A stretch of 64,000 nucleotides of DNA, from assembly GCA_012517355.1 (NCBI GenBank), contig JAAYVD010000110.1, forward strand, positions 1 to 64,000, in the 5' to 3' direction. The first letter of the stretch is position 1, and each line of letters opens with the position of its first letter. The notes under the pieces were generated by a model. The model was given only the letters and a program-made list of their open reading frames with translations. It ran no database searches and was not told the origin of the DNA. Positions 58,025-64,000 of the stretch are shown here, piece after piece. The DNA is from Candidatus Rifleibacteriota bacterium (GTDB taxonomy: Bacteria; Muiribacteriota; Ozemobacteria; Ozemobacterales; Ozemobacteraceae). The translations under genes and the position numbers were made by a program.

Positions 58025-60181
58025 TCAGAACGAGGTGTCGAACGCGCGGTCGAACGGGTCGTCGTCTTCGTGGCGGTCGGGGCTTCCCGTCGGCGACCGG
58101 CGGGGGGAGCCGGTCCCGGCCGGATCGTCGGGCCGGTCGCGAGGGGGCGCGGGGTCGTCGGGGTCGACCGCGGCGGAACCGGTGTCCGGTGAGGCCGCTC
58201 CCTGGAAGGACCCCGGCCCGGATGGGGGCGGTGCCGGGTCCGGGCAGGGGTGTCCGGCGGCTTCGAGGCAGAAGCGGGCGGGGCCCGGGCCTCCGGAAAG
58301 CAGCGGTTGGAGCTGGTCAGACAGGCGAACCCAGGTTTCGGCGCCCAGGAAGCCCTGGTCGGATTGGACGTGGAGGGTGGCCCGGGCCAGGGTCGTCGAG
58401 GGCGGCGCGGTCGGGTCGGGATGGGAGCCCGGGACAGCGCTGGGTTCGGGGGCGGTGGTGGGAACGGGGTGGAGGTCGGGGGCCTGACCGGCGGTGGCGG
58501 CCGGGTCGGGGAAGCGGGGTGGGAAGGGCAGGAGTTCCGCCGTGATCGAGGCGCCGTCGATGGTCGTGGACAGGCGTCGGGGGGAGCCCAGAACCAGCGG
58601 GCCCTCCGCCCGGTGGGCCGTTGGGCCGGTGATGGCCAGGGAGAGGGAGAGCCAGCCCGGCCGCTGGTCCAGGGTGCCCAGGAGGGTGCGCAGGGTATCG
58701 ATGCCGCGGCTCTGTCCGCCGATGACGAGGGCGTTGATGCCGGTGGCGGCCACCACCTGGAGGCCGGAGATGCCCAGCGGCGGCAGCACCCGGGCGAAGA
58801 GGGCCTCCAGGCTGGCGGCCTGCCACCAGCGCAGCCGGCGGGTGATGTGGGCGCTGCGGTCGACGTGGCCCACCCGGAAGAAGATGTCCTGGGGTCGCCC
58901 GGCGATCCAGTGATTGCCGCGTTTGCCGATGGCGAGGCCCTCGAGGCGCACCAGCATGGACAGGAAGGATTCGGGGTAGGGCTCGGGGCCGTGGCAGAAC
59001 AGGGAGACCGGGGTGAGGCAGGCTGGGTGGCAGAGCAACTGGCTCCCCGTCGAGGCGACGAGGCGCCCGAGCACCTCGGAGAGGGCCTCGTTCTGCCAAT
59101 CGAAGTCGAGAAGGGGGTCGGGGTCGGCCTGTCCGGCGGCCGGCGCACCGGCGGCCGGCGCACCGGCGATGGGGGCGGTGGCGGTGACCGGCCGGCGGGA
59201 ACCGGGAAGGGGCGACTGGGCCGGGCCGGTCATCTGGTCGGGGGTGGCGCGGGGAGGGTTGCCGGAAGTCGGAGGCGCGGCCTGGTCGGGGTCGGACGTG
59301 GCGGGGCGGGAAGCGGTTCCCGGAGCCCCAGCGGAGGCCTCCTGGGGTGTGGCCGCGGCCGCCGACGAGCCTTCCCAGCGCAGCTCCCACGTGGGCCGGT
59401 CGGCCGGCCAGGTCAGGGTGGCGGGCCCGGTGGGGGACAGCTCCAGGGGCCGGTGGACGGGCAGCCCGGAGCGGGTGTTTCCCTGGAAGGAATGGACGAG
59501 AAGCAGGGCGCCGCGGGGCCCCAGTCGTGGGGTGACCGTCACGGTCAGGGGGGCGGGCGCCCCGGTGGCCGGGGCCGGCCGGAAGGTGATCTGGACAGGG
59601 GTGTCGAGGAGGGCGGCCAGGGAAAGGGTGGCGGCCGGGTCCGGGGCACCGGCCCGCCGCAGGGTCAGGGACAGGCTGGCGGCCGGGGTCGGTCGGTCGA
59701 GGGCCTCCAGGCTGTGGCGGACCGGGTCGAGGCTGCCGGGGAACCCGTCGAGGAACAGGAGGTTGGTGGCGGAATCGGCGACCGCGGCGACTGTGGCGGG
59801 CAGGCGGGGGGCGAGATCCTCCCGGATCGCGCCGACCGGCCGGTGGGCCGGCCGCCAGACCCTCGTGGAACGGCCTTCGAACCGCTCGCGGTGCGCCTGG
59901 GGCACCACGACGACGAATTCCCCGACGGCGGCGGCGGCCCGGCCGTGGCGGGCGGCGAGGGCAGTCACCACCTCGACCGCGCTGGAGGCGGCGGGCGCCC
60001 GGAAGGGGACGGCGGGGGCGTCGGGCCCGTCGACGAGGATGTTGAGCTTCCCCTCCCTGGCCAGGTCGGTCAGGGCCTGGAAGAAAGGCTTCCCCGAGAG
60101 GTCCCGGTCGGCTCCGGCGGCAGAGTTCGCGAGCAACAGCAGAGCGATGGCGAAGAGGAACATTCCCGAGGGGCGACGCAT
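58025..60181 (-). CDS. secreted hypothetical protein, paralog of the downstream gene (STN-like domains)
   Basis: Start MRRPSGMFLFAIALLLLANSAAG (ATG 60179-60181, GGAGG ribosome-binding site). KLNILVDGPDAPAVPFRA and QLLCHPACLTPVSLFCHGP parallel the motifs of 56188-58011. Confidence 0.55.
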   Translation of the reverse strand: MRRPSGMFLFAIALLLLANSAAGADRDLSGKPFFQALTDLAREGKLNILVDGPDAPAVPFRAPAASSAVEVVTALAARHGRAAAAVGEFVVVVPQAHRERFEGRSTRVWRPAHRPVGAIREDLAPRLPATVAAVADSATNLLFLDGFPGSLDPVRHSLEALDRPTPAASLSLTLRRAGAPDPAATLSLAALLDTPVQITFRPAPATGAPAPLTVTVTPRLGPRGALLLVHSFQGNTRSGLPVHRPLELSPTGPATLTWPADRPTWELRWEGSSAAAATPQEASAGAPGTASRPATSDPDQAAPPTSGNPPRATPDQMTGPAQSPLPGSRRPVTATAPIAGAPAAGAPAAGQADPDPLLDFDWQNEALSEVLGRLVASTGSQLLCHPACLTPVSLFCHGPEPYPESFLSMLVRLEGLAIGKRGNHWIAGRPQDIFFRVGHVDRSAHITRRLRWWQAASLEALFARVLPPLGISGLQVVAATGINALVIGGQSRGIDTLRTLLGTLDQRPGWLSLSLAITGPTAHRAEGPLVLGSPRRLSTTIDGASITAELLPFPPRFPDPAATAGQAPDLHPVPTTAPEPSAVPGSHPDPTAPPSTTLARATLHVQSDQGFLGAETWVRLSDQLQPLLSGGPGPARFCLEAAGHPCPDPAPPPSGPGSFQGAASPDTGSAAVDPDDPAPPRDRPDDPAGTGSPRRSPTGSPDRHEDDDPFDRAFDTSF

Positions 60182-60436
60182 GAGATACCTCCGGAGGGGC
60201 TGGAATGATGGGGAACCCGGCCGCCAGGAGGCTTTGTTTCCGCCCAGCCGGACGACCGGGACGATTCTACCACGGGTGGGGCCAGAGGGTTCCTTCCCAC
60301 TCCTGACAGGCAGGGCGAGCAAGTCGGTTCGTGCGGCCCGTGGCTGACGTGGGTCCTGACTTCCGCGAATCAGGTCGCTGCCTGGCGGACCCTGGAAACC
60401 CGCATTGACAGGAGAGACGCACCGCCTGGGCGGTCC

Positions 60437-60578
60437 GCGTTGCGGGCGGCCCGCCAGCCGAATGCCCCGCGTTCGGCGGGCAGAAAAACGGAGTCCAGGG
60501 GCTGTGGCCCCTGGCGAGGTGGTCGGGAGGAGCGGAGCTCCTCCCGCGATGACAGAGTTCCCAAGGTTTGCGTTCGCC
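60437..60578. repeat. repeat family B, copy 2 (inverted relative to 14899-15052)
   Basis: Its reverse complement aligns with copy 1 along about 140 bp, including the CCAGGGGC..GCCCCTGG and GCCGAA..TTCGGC hairpins. Confidence 0.6.
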
Positions 60579-60608
60579 TTGTCCTGCCAGGACGGTGCCG
60601 CCGGGCCG

Positions 60609-61439
60609 TCAGTTCTTGAGAAGCTCCTGCAGTCGTCCTGCCTTCTCCTTGGCCTCTTCCACGGCGCGGAAGTTGGGGTCGCGGGGATCGAGCCGGATGC
60701 CGTCGAGGAGGTCCTTCAGCTCATCGACCAGGTTCCGGGTCTCGACCATGCGGCGCGCGTGACCCTGCAGGGACTGGCTCTCCGTCTTGATATGCTGCGG
60801 CCGGTCGGCGGCCACCTTGGCGGCTTCGGCCTGGCAGCCTTCGAAATCCTTGGCGGCCAGCTTGCCGGTGGCCCCGGACAAGGTCATCGACCAGCCGAAG
60901 AATTGGACAAACGCTTTCTGGGCACCGGTTCCCAACTCATCGATGACCGGGGCATACCGGGGCAGGTTGGCGTCGTCCGACAGGATCTGCCCCTGGGAGA
61001 CGTCGCCTCCCCCGAGGCTGCCGATCCGGCCGAAGAGGGTGAGGAGGTCGGTGATGAACCGCCGGTTGATGTGGATGTTGCCGTCGGCCAGGCCCTCCAT
61101 GGGAACCTCTTCCCCCGCGGCCTCGACCAGCCTTCGGAAGAAGCCGATGGCTTCGTCCGGGGATTCGGCGGTGAATGCGAGCATGGCGAAACAGAGGCAC
61201 TTGCCCAGGTGGGCCTCCCGGAACAGGGCGCCGTCGACCCGGGTGACCTGCCCGTAGAGCCCTGCGGCCTCCAGATACTTGCCGTCGAACAGCAGCTTGT
61301 TCGCCTGGATCAGGGTTTCCGCATCGACCACCACTTCCTGGGCGGCGAGCATGGGGGCCAGGAGAGCCATCCCGACGGTCAGCGCCAGCAACAGGGTGGG
61401 CAACGAGGATTGGGGGGAAGAGGGTTGCGGTCGGAACAT
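60609..61439 (-). CDS. secreted hypothetical protein
   Basis: Start MFRPQPSSPQSSLPTLLLALTVGMALLAPMLAAQ (GGAGGA ribosome-binding site 8 nt upstream). 276 aa. Confidence 0.55.
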   Translation of the reverse strand: MFRPQPSSPQSSLPTLLLALTVGMALLAPMLAAQEVVVDAETLIQANKLLFDGKYLEAAGLYGQVTRVDGALFREAHLGKCLCFAMLAFTAESPDEAIGFFRRLVEAAGEEVPMEGLADGNIHINRRFITDLLTLFGRIGSLGGGDVSQGQILSDDANLPRYAPVIDELGTGAQKAFVQFFGWSMTLSGATGKLAAKDFEGCQAEAAKVAADRPQHIKTESQSLQGHARRMVETRNLVDELKDLLDGIRLDPRDPNFRAVEEAKEKAGRLQELLKN

Positions 61440-61576
61440 GATCGGGTTCCTCCCTTGGCATGCGGATTCCTGGAGCCGGGAAAGACCGCCCCCCGGAGAC
61501 CACCGCGAGGCGGGCCTCATCACAAGAGTACCCGAACGGCGGGGAAACCACAAGCCGGCGGCCGGGCGGCAACCAT

Positions 61577-61705
61577 TCCCACTCAGCGGTCCGGGGCTTG
61601 CCTGGCGAACAGTGATTGCCGCAGGCATCGGCCCGATCGACAGGTCAGACCGAAACAGCCCGGAAAACCGCTGCAGAGCGCATGGTGAAAATGGCTGGCT
61701 GGGGT
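61577..61705 (+). repeat. repeat family D copy 2 (with a roughly 45-bp internal insertion relative to copy 1)
   Basis: CCCACTCAGC ... GTCAGACCGAAACAGCCCGGAAAACCGCTGCAGAGCGCATGGTGAAAATGGCTGGCTGGGG. Confidence 0.55.
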
Positions 61706-61841
61706 GCGGCCAGGGCTCAGCCGGCAGCCCTGCGCGGCCAGTACCCGGGCCGGTTCGAGGCCGATCCCGGAACGGGCGCCGACGATGATGGCCCGCGGGG
61801 GGAGACCCGGGGGGGCGGTCGCGGGGGCCTGGGGTCGCGGG

Positions 61842-63338
61842 TCACTCCTCACCGGGCTGGTTCCGCTTCTTGCGGTCGATGTCGTAGCCGAGTCCCCGGG
61901 CCTGGGTGAGGTCGGCCTTGGCGTTCTCGGTGTCGCCGAGCTTGGCGCGGGCCACGGCCCGGCCGAAGAAGCACATCCCTTCCGAGTAGCCCGGGATCTT
62001 CGTGTGGAACTCCACGATGAACCCCTGGTGGGTCAGCAGCTTGGGGAAGCCGGTGAATCCGCCTTCCGCCTGGAACAGGTTGGAATTGCCGCCGCTGCGC
62101 CGCATCTGTTCGATGACCGCGATGGCCGCCGAGAAGTCGTCGGCGGCTCCCTGCCAGTCCTGCGCCTTGATCCGGATCTTGCCGCGGCACATGTGGAGGT
62201 AGGCGCCGTAGACGGCGGGGTGGAGCTCCTGCATGAACGAGATCTCGACATTCCTGGTCAGCGAGGCGGCCTGCCCGATGGCGGTGGTGTAGTCGCGCAG
62301 GGCTTCGGGGACCCGGCCGTGCTGCAGGTGCAGGGCACCGCGGACGGCGAATCCCTCGGGGAAGCCCTCGCGGCCCTCGACCAGCCGGTCGACCTTCGCC
62401 TGCAGTTCCTCGGTCTTCCCCTTCATCAGCGCCATCTGCAGGTCCTCCTCGAGGTTGCGGTTGGCGCTCTCGGTCCAGGCGCCGCCGTACCACTGGGCGA
62501 TGACCTCGCGGTTGTTGCGGCGCTCGTCGGCGAACCCGACCCACCAGGCGGCGAACAGCGCGGTGAAGAGGGCGGCGATGACCCAGGGAGACCAGCCCGG
62601 GTCGGCCGACCCGTCGCGGTGCGACTCGTCGGGGAAGACCTGCATGGTCATGCCGGTCAGGATGCCGACCGCCAGGAAGGTCAGGTCGAGCAGGTTGAAG
62701 AGCAGCCACCAGCCGAAATCCATCTGCCGGACGAAAGTGTTGTTCCGGGAGATCCCGATGGTCATCTCGCGGAAGCTGCCATCGACGATGGCTTTCACCA
62801 GGAACCCGGGGTCGAACGTGGGCAGGGCCAGGCCCATGCCGATCAGCTCGCCACCGACGAAGGCCACCGCCAGCAGGATGCTGAGGATGATCCGCAGCCG
62901 GAACGAGTGTCGGGGCCAGCTGCAGGCGGCCAGCAGCTTGCCGGTGGCCGTCCCGGTGAACCCGCCGGCCACCATGCCCTGGATGCCGATGACGAAGCCG
63001 GCGAGCAGGCGGAAATACCCGGTCAGGGCGCCGAAGAACACGGCATACAGGGCGGCCCCGATCGTGGCGTTCAGGAGGTTGCCGGTGGGAAGGGGGGAAC
63101 CCGGGCCGGGCGCCCCGTTTCCGCCGCTGGCGTTGTCGTTGCCGTCGTCGTCATCCCCGTCGTCGTCGGCCGGGGAACGGCCGGGGCCGGCGGCGTTCCC
63201 GGGGGGCGGGGGGAACGGGTGCGGCGGTGGGGGCGGGGGAAACCCTGGAGGGGGCGGCGGTGGCGGGAAACCGGAAGGGGGCGGGGGTGGCGGGGGGGGA
63301 CCCCAGCCGTCGTTGGAACCGGTGCCGTTCGCCGTCAT
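61842..63338 (-). CDS. membrane protein with a Pro-rich N-terminus, TM helices and a C-terminal TPR-like region
   Basis: Start MTANGTGSNDGWGPPPPPPP (ATG 63336-63338, GGAGG ribosome-binding site). Has a GFPPPPPPPG low-complexity stretch. Confidence 0.55.
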   Translation of the reverse strand: MTANGTGSNDGWGPPPPPPPPSGFPPPPPPPGFPPPPPPHPFPPPPGNAAGPGRSPADDDGDDDDGNDNASGGNGAPGPGSPLPTGNLLNATIGAALYAVFFGALTGYFRLLAGFVIGIQGMVAGGFTGTATGKLLAACSWPRHSFRLRIILSILLAVAFVGGELIGMGLALPTFDPGFLVKAIVDGSFREMTIGISRNNTFVRQMDFGWWLLFNLLDLTFLAVGILTGMTMQVFPDESHRDGSADPGWSPWVIAALFTALFAAWWVGFADERRNNREVIAQWYGGAWTESANRNLEEDLQMALMKGKTEELQAKVDRLVEGREGFPEGFAVRGALHLQHGRVPEALRDYTTAIGQAASLTRNVEISFMQELHPAVYGAYLHMCRGKIRIKAQDWQGAADDFSAAIAVIEQMRRSGGNSNLFQAEGGFTGFPKLLTHQGFIVEFHTKIPGYSEGMCFFGRAVARAKLGDTENAKADLTQARGLGYDIDRKKRNQPGEE

Positions 63339-63451
63339 GGAAAGCCTCCGTTGGTGAGAATGTGGGGCCATTATGGCCGATCCCCACCTGCTTGGCAACC
63401 CACCGGCCACCCCCCGGGATCCGCGAGGAAGGCAGATGGCCCCTTGGGATG

Positions 63452-63516
63452 CGCGAAACTCGCGCTTCGTTCCGCCATCGGTGGCGGCAAGGGGGTGTGG
63501 CCGACATCGTGTCGGT
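63452..63516 (+). repeat. repeat family A copy
   Basis: GCGCGAAACTCGCGCTTCG.TCCGCCATCGGTGGCGGCAAGGGGGTGTGGCCGACATCGTGTCGG. Confidence 0.6.
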
Positions 63517-63696
63517 AGGATGAGCCTCCGAATGGCTTCGTGCACCCCTGCGGGCATCGTGGGGTGGCCCTTCCCAGAACCATTGCGGGTCCTGGGGCCC
63601 CCCTTTGCCTGGAACCCGTCGGGTCGGGAATACCGTTGTGCCGGCGGGGAAATTCCCCTACAATGGCCCGGGGCGGGGTTCCGCCCGGGAGGCGAC

Positions 63697-64000
63697 GTGA
63701 ACGACCAGTGGCAGGAAGGCGGGTATGCCGACCGCTACAACCGGCAGTATGCCTTCGGCGAAGGGGAGATCGGGCGTTTTCTGGCCCCGTTGGGGCTCCG
63801 GCCCGCCGACGTCTTCGTCGATTTCGGGTGCGGGAACGGCGAGGTGCTGGCCGCGGCCGCCCCACGGGTGGCCCGGGCGTTGGGCATCGACGGCTCCCCG
63901 CGGCAGGTGGCCCTCGCCCGGGCCGCCGTCGCCCCCTGGCCTCACGTGGAAGTGCGGCAGGCCGCCTTCCTGGACTGTGACCTGGCGGGCCCGCCGGTCA
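63697..64000 (+). CDS. class I SAM-dependent methyltransferase, 5' part only (truncated by the window end)
   Basis: GTG at 63697 after GGGAGG. VDFGCGNGEVLA is SAM-binding motif I. Confidence 0.5.
   Translation, partial: MNDQWQEGGYADRYNRQYAFGEGEIGRFLAPLGLRPADVFVDFGCGNGEVLAAAAPRVARALGIDGSPRQVALARAAVAPWPHVEVRQAAFLDCDLAGPPV

Noticed and set aside
61616-61909. 97-aa ORF containing the family D block (ERMVKMAGWGAAR), and the similar peptide at the end of ORF 41097-42554
   Set aside because: The peptide similarity follows from nucleotide conservation over only about 65 nt. Both ORFs are compositionally shadow-like, and conservation ends abruptly. Treated as a noncoding repeat.

Overview
High-GC (~67-70%) bacterial chromosomal window of 64 kb. 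No rRNA genes or CRISPR arrays were seen. All calls are from reading the sequence and the ORF track; no database searches were run, so family assignments are by motif recognition.

Layout, left to right:
- 1-4300: right-hand end of a tRNA-associated integrative element. It holds an ISL3-like transposase 3' fragment at the window edge, a train of six small overlapping ORFs ending in a Mor-like activator, a P4-type tyrosine integrase, and minus-strand tRNA-Gln(CTG) plus tRNA-Glu(CTC) with their own promoter and a tRNA 3'-fragment-like hairpin.
- 4332-6699: a B12-binding radical-SAM gene translationally coupled to an AI-2E transporter.
- 9080-14823: an SPFH protein with three zinc ribbons; a convergent operon of a class III nucleotide cyclase and a Tim44-like/TerB membrane protein.
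- 15147-19684: an operon of an outer-membrane beta-barrel, PqiA, PqiB (MCE) and a penicillin-binding/beta-lactamase-fold protein.
- 20325-24528: an orphan pseudopilin cluster with a lipoprotein.
- 24617-29201: ABC-F ATPase, clpS, clpA.
- 29457-35371: VWA protein, ferritin-like protein, a second class III cyclase coupled to an ODP-like di-iron MBL protein, and pncB.
- 35871-44251: sensor beta-propeller proteins, a large secreted protein, a TPR protein, a DnaQ-like exonuclease and an HD hydrolase.
- 44851-52616: gdhA and a 2107-aa DUF2339-like membrane protein built of internal duplications.
- 52966-64000: cell-wall hydrolases, two paralogous STN-like secreted proteins and a partial methyltransferase.

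Most unusual: several families of structured palindromic repeats (A, B, C, D). Family A has at least eight copies, all in the same orientation. Two of them sit in frame inside coding sequences.
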